DNA of 64,000 nt from Octopus sinensis. Lineage: Eukaryota. Made by a program: the position numbers and the translations under genes. The DNA is taken from NCBI RefSeq assembly GCF_006345805.1, contig NC_042998.1:153140001-153204000 (forward strand). Reading direction: 5' to 3'. Under the pieces are notes generated by a model. It worked only from the letters and a program-made list of their open reading frames with translations. It was not told where the DNA came from and searched no databases. This document shows, one piece after another, positions 49,111 through 61,800 of the stretch (position 1 is its first letter; each line of letters starts with the position of its first letter).

Positions 49111-49334
49111 AATTGCTTCCTACATGCATATTTTCCCTCAACCAAACATTTAATAGTTCAAACTGAATATTAAACTGTGCTACCTTCACCAATGTCTCCA
49201 AAATACCTATGACTATGAACATTCTGCAACAGATTCCTCCTGAGATAATGATAATTTGTTATCTCAGGAGGAATCTGTTGCAGATGAACTATTAAATGTT
49301 TGGTTGAGGGAAAATATGCATGTAGGAGGCAATT
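49111..49334. other. Two-segment near-perfect inverted repeat (76 bp of stem)
   Basis: 49223-49248 pairs perfectly with 49259-49284 (10-nt loop). 49111-49160 pairs with 49285-49334 with one G-U. Confidence 0.93.
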
Positions 49335-49441
49335 CTATAGGTAAATATTTTTTTCTTGTTGCTCTCTAGATTGTCTGTTTATATTAAATCCATTTAATTC
49401 TCAAATAAGTTCACTTGAAAATATGTATGCTTTACTTGCAG

Positions 49442-49711
49442 TGCTCTTGCTAGTGGACTACTTAGCTCCATAGCTGACTTCTTGGAGAATGGAGTTGATG
49501 AGTTTTACACTAAAGGTAATGAGAGTGAGGAAGAGACTGTTTGCAAAGAGAATGGTCATGACAAAGAAGGGGAAAGAGATATGAAAGAAGTCAAAACTAC
49601 AAGTAGTCATGCAATAAATAATGCTGAATTGGAGACAAATCCTGACGATACTGCTCTTGATAAATCTACTGATGATGAAGCCTACCACAAGGACAAAGTA
49701 TTAAAATTAAG
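49442..49711 (+). CDS. MAP3K4: MAP3K4 coding exon (phase 2/2) with acidic insert
   Basis: ttgcag acceptor and AG|gtaaat donor. Encodes (S)ALASGLLSSIADFLENGVDEFY..., corresponding to MEKK4 DIAGMLLKSTGSFLEFGL. Phases match both neighbouring exons. Confidence 0.88.
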
Positions 49712-50432
49712 GTAAATGAATGTTTGATTTTAAAATTTCTTCCCTTAAAATTTAAATATGTTTTTAGTGAGAACTCTACCTAATAAATTAAAGATTTTAA
49801 TTTTTTTAAATGAATCTTGTTTATTTCTTTGTAAAGAATTTTGCATATGTATTTTAAATTTTAAGCATTCCTTTTCATTTTTATTTCTATATTTATGGGC
49901 TAATGAGGGAGGCTCTACCTGATTATTTGACCTGCTAAAAATAGCAATGGAGTTTTCCTCAAGCATATTCTGTTGTCTTGGGTAAGGACACTACATACTC
50001 TTAAAAAGATAGTGTAATTACGACTGGAATATCTTTGATCACACATCTACCCACTCATGGTTATCCAAGGACTGAACAGAGAAAAAAATGATTATATTTA
50101 TGTGAAGAGAATTTATGATTATTTGAGATGTATGGGCTTTTGGATGTGAATTTAGAAAAATTTACTAGTTGCTTTTATGATAGAAAATTTATTAGTATGG
50201 ATATGCTATGTAAATGTCAGATGCATTTTAATGGAGTCATTTGAGTTGATTGTAGAAAGTAACCAAGATCAAAGTAAATGATTTGAGAAAACAAATTGTT
50301 AAATCAGACTTGACAAGCTTGTGTTTCATCAAACAAAGATGTAAATAAAAATACAGTAAAAACATTTTGAAAAGATAAAACAGGATAAAGATGCATAAAG
50401 ATGAGTCAACACTTTCTTGTAACTTCATAACT

Positions 50433-50803
50433 AAAACAAGAGCACTCAGAGAGCGCAAACATCCACCAAGGCAACATCAACGTCCTCTCTATGATTAGCC
50501 AGGGATGATTTTTAAAACAAGAATATCTGAAATAAACTCAGGTGCTCTCACAAACGTGAATACTAAAAATGAACCCAATCGCTCTCAAAAATTAAGTAAA
50601 ATAACTGGAAAAATAATCCAGAATCTTTGTCCAGTACCAGATCGATCCCAAAATCTAATCAGTTCATGCCAGTCATGAGGCCAAACATCCCTGAAATGTT
50701 CATCCAAATCCACTCAGTGGTTCTTGAGATATCTTGTCCATGGACTAACAAACAAACATGACTGAAAACAATACATTCACCATCACTGAGGCAGAGGTAA
50801 TAA
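50433..50803. mobile_element. Helentron/HINE-like non-autonomous element
   Basis: Starts aacaagagcactcagagagcgcaaac and ends in a degenerate hairpin ...gaggcagaggtaa. Assignment is from memory of similar elements. Confidence 0.45.
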
Positions 50804-52180
50804 AATTTTAAAACTGTGACAGCAGGCTACAGTTGCTTTCTAAGAAACTGTAGCTTGCTGTCTTTCACTAGCTTACTGTCAGGTATTACACCATAATCTA
50901 TAGTATACTCTCAGGTATTACACTATAATCAAATCATACCTTACATCTAAATGTAGCTTCAGAAATACATCAACCAAGCAACTTAGTGTAAAATGCTTGC
51001 ACATGAAGCCACTGTAACAAAAATAAATGGTATGAAAATGGCAATTATCATACTTTGGCTTTGTGATGCAGATCCATGAAGGAGGCTGTCCACATCAATA
51101 ACAAACATGCTGATGATCTGCTTCTCCAATGCAGGACAAGCAGGGCCAGTTGTAGCAATTGCAAATAAAATTCTGTTCTGGGTGCAGTGCAGCTGTGTTA
51201 TAGTTTGTCCTCTATCTGTCATAGCTTCTTGTGTATTATAGTTCTCTAAGCCATTAAGGTAGAGTTTAAACTGAGTCTCCGTAGGAACTTCAGCATGCTG
51301 AGAATTTATTTTACTTAGTTGAACATGAAGAATTAGGGAAAAATTTCACATGTAGGTTCAAAGCTTAGAATCTGAGAATTCTTGAAGTAAACATAGCAAA
51401 GATAAAAGTTTTAGCTAGATGGAAAGAAGACAAAACTCTACAAAAATCTGGAAATTGACTAATCCAGTATGTGGAAAAGGAATAGGTAAAAATTTCATTA
51501 ACTTGTGTTCAAGAATTGCAGTAAGATCACAGTCACAAAGTCAGAAGAGGACTTCATATATGGCAAATGTTCAGAAATAGTTAATAAGAAGCGCACTCTT
51601 GAAATTAATTCTTTCAAATGCTTGGTGGTCTTGCAACTTCTAGGAGACATAATTAGCAGTGAAGGAGGGTGTGCTTGTTACCTATTTTGGCATTAACATT
51701 ACCTATCAATATGACTTTGTCATGATATGGAATTTTACTGATAACTGTTTGCAATTTAGAATTGAATATGTGATGTTCTTGTTCAGGTGCTGATAAAGTA
51801 GATATATATGAACTGATAATATGCATAAATAGGGAATTGCCTATGGGTATTCAAAAGGTTACAAGATGCTCATCAACAACTTGAAGGATAGATGGCAACT
51901 TACACAGTAAAGTGATTTAATGGTAAATTCAACAAATTGGCTCATCTGCTGGCTCTCCAGTCCAAAATATCAAATGTATAACAACTCACAACTTCTAATT
52001 CACCTGTATCTGCAAACCTGGTTTCACATAGAGCAGCAATATCAATATTATATGAGCTGATTAGTGCAGTTAGTGCAGTTTTTTTTAATTCTAGACTGTC
52101 TTTGCTGTGTTGTAAAGTACTTATATTCTAACAACCAGAGATTAACATGTTTCAGTTTTCTTATCTTTACTTTGACTTTA

Positions 52181-52217
<37 letters not shown>

Positions 52218-52245
52218 TAACAATAATAATAACAATAATAATAAT

Positions 52246-55200
52246 AAGGCCCGCACTGAATAACAACATGGATGTACTAAACTGGGCTCTCCATTCAAAA
52301 ACAAATCTAATCCAATAACATTGATGGAATTAGATAAAGGAACCTGAGGGAAACTTGAAGGAAGCGACCTTTTAACGAAGACACTAAGAAAAAAACGAAA
52401 TTTTACTGCCATGCAAAGTACAGTTTCTCCTACGCACGGTGTCTCAATGAAACATGTGCGAAACACACACGCGATATCAACACCGGAAAGTTTACATAGA
52501 ATAAAATAGAAACGGACCAGAATAAAAAAAAAACAGTGAGTACATAAATTGAGTAATTACACATACACTCGAAAGTCTGTACAATCATATATACATTTTG
52601 CTACCCATAGGACTACACATACATCCCAAAGTTGAACACATTAAGTGAAATTTACAGGACACACACTCACGCACATGAAAACACGTGTCACAAACCAAAA
52701 TCAAAACTTTCTTTGTTTTTCTTCTTATTTTGTTCTCATATTTTTGAAGTACCACAGACAGAGTGAACCTTTCATAAGGGTAAAAAACATCACACAAAAA
52801 AAAAAAACTATGACCGGAGGTAAAGCTATCAACAAAAATAAATAAATAAATACAGACGAATACAGATCTGCTAGCCTTAAGAAATTATGCTACGAACGAT
52901 GTTTACATGCAGAAGTGGTGTCGTCGCAAAAACTTAACCCTAAACTGACAGATCTTTTTGTTTTCTTCTTATTTTACTATCATTTTTTCAAACTAACACA
53001 GACAGAGTGAACCCTTCATAAGTTTAACCCCCCCCCCCAAAAAAAAAAACTATGTCCAGAGGTAAATCTATCAACAAAAGAAATACAGACAAATACAGAT
53101 CTGCTAGCCTTAAGAAATTACGCTATGAACGATGTTTACATGCAGAAGCGGTGTCGTCGCAAAAACTTAGCCCTAAACTGACAGATCTGACTCCTAATGT
53201 AAGAGCCAAAGCTCGTCATGCCTCAATGTCAACAAAAATTACAAACCACAATGGTCATCGATCGGTTTACAAAAGACCATAAACCAGAATATTGAACCAA
53301 ATTCTGATTGAAAAATCAGCTACTGGTTCAAATCTTCCTGACACACAGGAGCTGGACTTACCCCACAACCGGAATATTCTAACAGATGGCCATCCATGCC
53401 CGTCACCAAATAACCAAAAGAAAAAGAATGAGAAATGGTCTAGGGAAGATAATAAGGAAGTTCTTATGGCCTTCTACCATGCCATATATTTCCCCACAGA
53501 TAAATCTAACACTGTACAAACATACATAAACTGGAGACAGAAACCCTGAAGTAAGACCCTACATAGACAGTAACAAACTTGCCAACGTCAGAAGAAACAT
53601 TATAAAAAAAAAAATTACTGACTGAAGTAGAGATTGACCAAATCAAACAAGCAGTAACAGATAAAAACAACGAAGCTGCAGCTAAAGAAGATAATACAGA
53701 GGAAATAATTATAGACCAGCCCAGGGCTGATAAAAATGCAGTAAGGATTGAAAGAGTTAGTATAACTGATAGGCAAAGTGAAATACTCACTGAACCAATC
53801 ATAAACACTAAGACAGATGAACATCAAATAGAAGAAGAAAGTCACACAAATATTGGCCCAGCTGAACTACATGAGCTAAAGAATCAAATCATGATTGAAT
53901 GGCTGAAAATTAAAGAAACCAGTATGGATGAACGCGATACACTCCCAAGAATCCGCAACTCTAACCAAAACATGAAAATAATTGGTAAAATCCGCCTTGC
54001 ACTTAAGGATATAATTTCAGCTAATGATGTTAATATCACAGATCTCAACCACCTGTACTATACATCTGCGAAAATCTCAACGATTCTATGTGGTGAAAAG
54101 ATTAGAAAATGGTAACATTCCCACAAAAAGCCTTCTTGGCAAGAGTGTATCCAACATCAAATTAAACTACTTAGGTCTGACATTGAATATTTGAAAAACC
54201 TTAAGGTTGACAAGACTACCAAACCTACAAAAACCCCAAAATTAAAGAAAAAATATAATATGAAAACTATACTTGATATTGATGCCACCATAGAAACCAT
54301 CAAGCAAAATGCATCTGCTAAAGCTGCCCGCATAGCAAGGTATGAAAAGCGTGTTAGATTCTTCAAGGACAACAACATGTTCAAAAATAACCCCAAAACT
54401 TATTACAGGAAGATAGGGAAAACACCAGTTACTGTAAAGTCTGTACCATCAAAAGAAGAAGTGCAGGGTTTTGGGAATAAAATTTGGGCACAAGAAAAAA
54501 CACACAACGAAAAGGCCCCTTGAATAGCTACGGACTTGCACTCCTTAGAGGAGCAAAAGTGAAAGGGTGTCAAGGTAGAAGATTTAAGATCTGCTCTCAG
54601 GAGGTCAAGCAAATGGAAGTCTCCGGGAAAGGATAAAATTCCTAACTTCTGGTTGAATGATTCCCAGAGAGCCATGAACTGCTAACAGAACTTTACAATG
54701 ATGTTTTGCAACACCCTAGTAGGATGTCTGCTTGGCTAGTTAATGGTTTAACATTCCTGCTCCCAAAAAGTGAAGAAACAAATGAACCAAAAAACTATTG
54801 ACGCATAACCTGCTTAACAACTATGTATAAAACGCTAACATCTGTCCTGACGGAATATACCTATAGTTTTTTAATAGACAGCAGCATATTCCCTAATGAA
54901 CAGAAAGGATGTAAACGTGGATCCTATGGTTGTAAAGATCAGCTACTCATCAATAAGATGATCTTAGAAGATTGTCACAAACGACACAAAATCTTATCAA
55001 TAGCCTGGATTGACTATAAAAAGGCTTTTGATAGCTTACCACATAGCTGGATTAAGAAATGCCTGGAAATGTATAAAATAGCGCCTACTCTACGAAACTT
55101 TTTGTCTGTAAGTATGAGATCATGGAGAACCACACTAACTTTGAACAGTGACGATGAATCTCTAAATGCTGGTGATGTAAAAATTTCATGTGGCATTTTC

Positions 55201-57060
55201 CAGGGCGACTCACTATCACCACTCCTCTTTTCTTTAGCCTTAATACCTCTCTCAAAATTGCTCAATGACGCACAGTATGGATATAAAATGTTGGATAAAA
55301 ATATAAATCATCTCATTTACATGGATGATTTAAAGCTCTTTGCAAAAAATGACCAACAACTCAAGGGCTTACTAATGATTGTTAAACAATTCAGTGATGA
55401 CATCAGAATGCAATTTGGCCTCGATAAATGTGCAAAAGCTACCTTTATCAAAGGAAAAATGACAGAAACATTTAACATTTACCTCGACCAGCAGAATGTC
55501 ATAAAAGAGTTAGACCCAGCGGAGAGCTACAAGTATCTAGGGGTAATTGAAGGGGACGGAATAAGGCATTCAGTGATGAAGGAAAGGAACGGGAAAGATT
55601 GTTATCGCAGAGTAAGAGCAATACTCAAGACAGAGCTAAATGGGAGAAACAGGATCGAAGCGATCAATGCTCTAGCCATACCAGTCGTGACTTACAGTTT
55701 TAATATCGTTAACTGGTCAATTACTGAAATATGTAATCTTGACAGAAAAATACAAAAACTGTTGACAGTGCGTAGAATGCACCAGCCTAAGGCAGATATA
55801 GAACGACTTTATCTGCCAAGAAAAGAGAGAGGCCGTAGACTTTTACAACTGGCAGTAACAATGAAGATTGCTACAATTGGCCTAGACACCTACCTGAAAA
55901 ACTCTGGGGACTGGATGTTAAAACTTGTGTCAAAACATGAAAACAAGAAAGCATCATACTCAGTAACAAAACAGGCAAAGGAATATCTAAGTGAATTCCG
56001 AACACAACAAATTTCGGAATTAGACATACAAGAAACAAGCACGTAAAAAGCTAAGCGCATGAAAACCCATGCTAAAACTGCTGCCTTAGATATTCTGAAT
56101 GATAAATGGCAAGAAAAACCTCTCAATGGCAAATACCCATGGAGAGCGAATAATGCAGATGTTGACAAAGCCCTGACCCATCAATGGCTAATGGCCTCTG
56201 GCTTAAAATCTCAAACAGAAGGGTTTATCATAGCAGCTCAAGATCAATGCCTACCTACAAGGAACTACCAGGCCAACATATTAAAGAACGGCAGTAACCC
56301 AACATGTCATGTATGTCAACAACAAAATGAAACCATTGATCATGTTGTCTCCATGTGCAGTCTTCTTGCGCCTACAGAGTATCTTAACAGGCATGATAGA
56401 GCTGCACAATATATTCATTGGGTAATTTGCAAAAGCCTGGACTTGCCCCATGATAAAAACTGGTGGGAACACAAACCGCCTCCAGTGCTTGAAAATGACC
56501 ACATCTCACTCCTCTGGAACTTCACCATTCAAACTGACAGAAAGATATATGTGAATAGGCCAAACATCTTAGTAAAGACTTCAGACAAAAAACATGTCTC
56601 CTCATTGATATGACTGTCCCAATCGATATAAACGTATCTGTCAAGACCTACCAGAAACTGAGCAAATATGAAGATCTGGAAATAGAAATCAGCAAAATGT
56701 AGAACCTGAAGACTAAAACAATACCTGTTGTCATAGGTGCCCTGGGAATGATAGCAAAAGGGGCTGATTGCTACTTAACTCAGATACCAGGAAACCCAAA
56801 AATGGCAGAAATTCAAAAGATAGTGCTCGTGGGAACTGCTCATATCCTACACAAAATACTTTCTATGTAATCTCAAGTTTTAAAACAAACATAACTTTCG
56901 TATGTTTTTTTTAGGCATTCACTAGTACAACACTAAATACAAAACCAAATATATGGCACCCTAGGCATAACATCAACACGAACTTCCAACTTGTTGTCTC
57001 TTGAGGTCTCTGGGTGAGACTTGGAGCCAGCTTGTGCAAATGAAAAGCAAAAGTCAAACA
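52246..57060 (+). mobile_element. Near full-length R4/Dong-clade LINE (RT + restriction-like endonuclease) flanked by (TAA)n
   Basis: N-terminal KWSREDNKEVLMAFY, RT (AWIDYKKAFDS, IFQGDSLSPL, YMDD), CxxC..ET..H...C knuckle and RHD...NRP. region. (TAA)n lies at ~52182-52245 and 57061-57133. Several stops and frameshifts. Confidence 0.92.
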
Positions 57061-57299
57061 GAATAATAATAATAATAATAATAGTAATAATAACAATGAT
57101 GATGATAATAATAATAATAATAATAATAATAATGTGCACACCCTTGGAGTTAAAAGTGAAAGAAAAACATGGTGGGAATAAAGACTTGAAAATCAAATTG
57201 AATAGCTCAAAAGAGATCTTGGATGTAAAAATGCAATCGTAGAAAAGAAAAAGGTGAAGTAGAGACACATGGGAACACAACATAAAACAGAAAAGCCTG

Positions 57300-58200
57300 C
57301 ATGCAGTTAAAGAAGAACTTAAGCAAAAAAATAATAAATCAAAGTAGGTAAAAAGTAACTGACACTAAAAGAGAGCAAATCAGTATCAACAGAATAAAGA
57401 AATGATTAGTGTAAAAGAGCATGAAAGAAATGATATGCAGAAGCTGAAGCAGTAAGAAAATTCTGCTTGGAAATCTGGAGCAAGGAAGTCCAACATAATT
57501 TAAAAAAGCAGATTGGTTATGGGAATTTAAAAGAGGAATGGAAGATGGAACAATGCTAGAGAATATAACAATCAGTTATAAGAAAATAAAAGAGATGATT
57601 AAGAAAATACGAAACTGGAAAGCCTCCCAACCAGATAGTATCCGGGGTCTGTGGTTCAAAAACCTCCTGGGTATACACAGCTATATATGAGTGTTTAATT
57701 GACTGCATAGAAAATGGAACACCAACATGGATGATAAAAGGAAGGATAGTGCTGATAGAGAATGACAAAGAAAAGAGAGAGGAAGAATTTAGCTGTTGGA
57801 TAGATAGATTATTGGAAGGCCTACAACAGTGTCTCACACAGCTGGTCCTTGAAATCTCTGAGAATGCACAGAGTCAATGAGAAGATAAACAACTTTCTGG
57901 AGAAGGCAATGAGAGAATGGGAAGTACAACTGACATGTGCAAATGAATCACTAGGTAATGTGGAAATGTGTAGGGGCATTTTCTAAGGAGACTTGCTCTC
58001 TCTGTAACACTTCATCATTGTATTAATCCCTCTGACAAATATACTGAAAAAAATCCCTACACGTCTATCAAAACAAAAATTAGAATAAAGCACCTACTTT
58101 ATATGGATGACCTCGAGATATATACAAAAAATGAGACGGACCTGAATTCTTTGATCAAAGCAATGAGAACAGAACACAAGAATGCAGTACATTGATTCAT
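57300..58200 (+). mobile_element. Older degenerate R4/Dong RT relic
   Basis: KIRNWKA..PD.I.G.WFK, GIF*GD.LS and HLLYMDDL.IY remnants. Confidence 0.75.
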
Positions 58201-58565
58201 AAACAGAAGTATTGTCTCGCTAATGACTTAGAAGCCTTAATATTATAGAATCACTTGGTACATGACAATCAGAGTGTGGAGGGCAAAAGTAAAACTTGAA
58301 ACACACCAAAGTTGATAAAGTGTGGGTTAGAAAGAGCTCCATCAGCATATGATGTAATGGTGCCATTGGATAGGAAGTCATTAATCTAAGGTAGAAGATA
58401 TGGTGGAGCCCATTGGATGACAAATTTGGTACAAATAGTATGAATTGTGACCAAAAAAACCTGTGTAACTTTATACATAATGATGACGAAGATCAGCTCC
58501 TTTTAACAATTTTATTTTGTAATAACATTTTTAACAAGTGTGTTTTCATTTACTGTTAACTTTAG

Positions 58566-58665
58566 ACATCGTATTCAGCAAACATTTCGTGACTCCAAAA
58601 ATCTTTTCCGTGAAGGACGTGAACGAACTTCAAAAGCTTTAGGCTTTGCCAAAATGTTGAGAAAT
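58566..58665 (+). CDS. MAP3K4: MAP3K4 coding exon (phase 2/0)
   Basis: tttag acceptor and AAT|gtaagt donor. Encodes (R)HRIQQTFRDSKNLFREGRERTSKALGFAKMLRN, corresponding to MEKK4 LKELFHEARERASKALGFAKMLRK. Confidence 0.96.
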
Positions 58666-58675
58666 GTAAGTACTT

Positions 58676-58832
58676 TCATTATTTACATTATTTACATTTG
58701 ACAGATATTTGTCCTCATCTTGTTTGTTGTTAACACATTTCAGTTGATATACCATCCAGCTTTCATCAGGTGTCTTGGGGAAATTTCGAACCTGGGTTCT
58801 CATTCCTAGGGTATTTTTCAATGTTATTATTA
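58676..58832 (-). mobile_element. 3' part of tRNA-head/hammerhead-tail SINE
   Basis: Minus strand: (TAA)n linker, GACAC CUGAUGA A..GAAA U GUGUU (HHR with stem III deleted, 58732-58774) and an (aatgtaaat)n tail. Confidence 0.65.
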
Positions 58833-61800
58833 TTAAGTTGTCAAGAAAGTTCTTGCGGTTTTTAACTTTTAAATTCAGATGCACATATCTCGACTCAAAC
58901 AAAACTTTATTAATCGAAATAAACACCATCAGAATCAACACACTTTTGCCAACATGAAACAAGTTTATTTATGCCAGTAGCATAAAAATCCTGTGTTCTG
59001 GTGGCAATGAAGTTGTTGAAGGCGTGTTTGGCATTGTCTTGGTTTTTGAAGCATTTCTCACGCAAGAAGTTGTCGAGATGCTTGAAAAAGTGGTAGTTGG
59101 TAGGCAAGAGGTCTGGTGAGTATGGCGGAGGAGGCAGAGTTTCGTAGTCCAATTTGTTCAACGTCTGCAGGGTCAGTTGTGCGACATGTAGCCAAGCATT
59201 GTCGTGGAGAAAATTGATCCTTTTCTACTGACCAATGCTAGCTGTTGTTGTCGGAATTTCTTATACATTTCATCCATTTGCTGACAGTACTTCACTGTAA
59301 TGGTTTCACCTGGATCCAAAAAGCTGTGATGGATGAGACCGGCCGCAGATCACCAAACAGTCACCATGACCTTCTGGTGCAATTTTGGCTTCGGAAAGTA
59401 CCGTGGAGCTTCATCAGCATCCAACCACTGAGTTGAGCGTCACTGTTGTCATAAAGAATCTACTTTTCGTTGCAAGTCATAATCCTGTCGTAAAAGAAGG
59501 GAAGACGACACTTCAAAATGGCATTTTTTTCTGTTGTCGTTCCAGTCAGCACAGTCCCAGCAACTACAACAGTCTTGCCAACAATAGGGCAGATGTATCC
59601 GGTACAACAAGCATAATAACAGCAAATATCCAGGGTCTTTATCCGAAAACAAAACAGTGTAAAGTCCCTTTCTTGGAAGAATTAGCAACAGAAAACAACT
59701 CCAAAATAATTGGAATTACTGAAAGTCATCTCAACGAAAACATCCGCAACAGCGAAATCACAATCAATAGATTCAACATCTTCAGATGTGATAGACAAGG
59801 CAGATCCCATGGGGGCGTTATCATGTATATCCATGATACCTATGCATGCATAGAACTTGTCAATGAATCAAATGCCTACTGCAACCTGCTGTGCATAAAA
59901 ATCATCCAACTTAATACAGTTGTAACAATAATGTACAGACCGCCAAACAGCCCAACATTATCCTTCACTGAGCCACTGACGAAGCTCCAACAAATTCTGG
60001 GAAACATGGCAAGTCCAATGCCAGACATTATCCTCCTTGGTGACTTCAACTTCCCTAACATCATCTGGCCACATGGACACATACTAAAACTGGGGACAAA
60101 AGCTGAACAAATACAGGCAGCCAAACTGTTGGAAGTCACAGAGAAATTATACCTCAAACAAATGATGACAGAAGCAACAAGAAATAATAATACGATCGAC
60201 TTGGTTTTCACCAACAACGAGGACACGCTATTTGACCTTCACTCAACCCCAACATCCTTTCAGACCACAATATTATTGAAATGCATTTACACATTGGTAA
60301 TGAGCCCAATGCCACAACTCTTAAACAAAAGGACATGCCAAAGCTATGCAGGTATGATTATCACCAGGCAAATTGGGAAACTATTAACAACCAGTTACAA
60401 ATCATTGACTGGGATCTCTACCTTACTGGGCCAGATAAACACAAGAAATTCTTAAACAAGATCGAAGAAATATGTGAAAAAAATGTTCCTCTAAAGAAAA
60501 CCAAGTCCACAAAAAAACCTGTACCATGGGAGCGAAAGATCCTGATGCGCAAAAGGTCAAGACTAAGAAACAAAACATCTAAGCTGACTTCAAAACATGA
60601 ATTACAGAAAGTCCTTGACCAAATATACAGATTAGAAGACAATCTAAAACAACACTATGATGAAGAACGTAACAATGCAGAAAAGAGAGCCATAGAAAAC
60701 ATCAAGAAAAATCCAAAATGTTTCTACAGTTTTGCAAAGAAATACTCGAACACCAAGTCAACAATAGGACCTCTCCAGAGACAAAATGGGGATGTAGTGA
60801 ATAACCCTATTGAAATGGCAGAAATGTTGGGTCAACAGTATGAAAGTGTCTTCAGTGAGCCATCTAAAACCATGAAGATCCATGACCCAGGAAAATTCTT
60901 CAAGGATATCGACCATACTAAACCTACCCTATCCGACATTGATTTCAACCCAGAAGACATAGCAAGAGCCATAGACAAGCTCTCCATGCACTCGGCTGTG
61001 GGGCCTGACGGTTTCAATGCCATGATACTTAAAAACTGCAAGGTACAATTGTCGAAACCCCTTTACATGATATGGAGGGAATCTATGGAGAATGGCAAAA
61101 TACCAAATACATATAAAGAAGCACACATAACTCCAATACATAAAGGGGACAGCAAATCAAAACCAAAGAACTACCGACCAATCTCACTGACATCACACAT
61201 TATCAAGGTCTTCGAAAGAATAGTTTGTGGAAAACTGGTTGAGTTCCTGGAATCCAACAATCTGATGAATTGCAACCAGCATGGATTCAGGTTAGGTAGA
61301 TCATGCCTTTCCCAACTACTGGCACACCATGACCAAATCCTAGAAAATCTAGAGAATGGATACAACACAGATGTTATCTACCTCAACTTTGCCAAGGCAT
61401 TTGACAAGGTAGATCATGGCATCCTGGGTCACAAACTTCGAAAGCTAGGAGTAGGAGGAAAAGTTGGTACATGGATACATGAGTTCCTTACAAATAGAAC
61501 TCAAACAGTCACTGTGAATGGAACCCATTCAACACCATCACCTGTGACCAGCAGTGTTCCTCAGGGTACAGTACTCGGCCCAATCCTGTTTCTCATCCTC
61601 ATCTCTGACATAGATGAAGATACAACCAGCAACGTCTCATCCTTTGCTGATGACACCAGGGTCATGAGACAAATCAAAGACGAGGTGGATACAGAGGCCT
61701 TACAAAAGGACCTGACCACCATATATAAATGGCAGGAAACAAACAACATGTTGTTCAATGATAAGAAGTTTGAACTAATTCGCTACGGAACAGATCAAGA

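Noticed and set aside
50983-51240. Coding-looking stretch or further HHR (ctgatga near 51111)
   Set aside because: No GAAA follows stem II and every frame has stops. At most an unassignable TE relic.
52246-52310. HDV-like ribozyme at the Dong 5' end
   Set aside because: Only a GGCCC/GGGCU pairing is visible, and I could not build the nested double pseudoknot.
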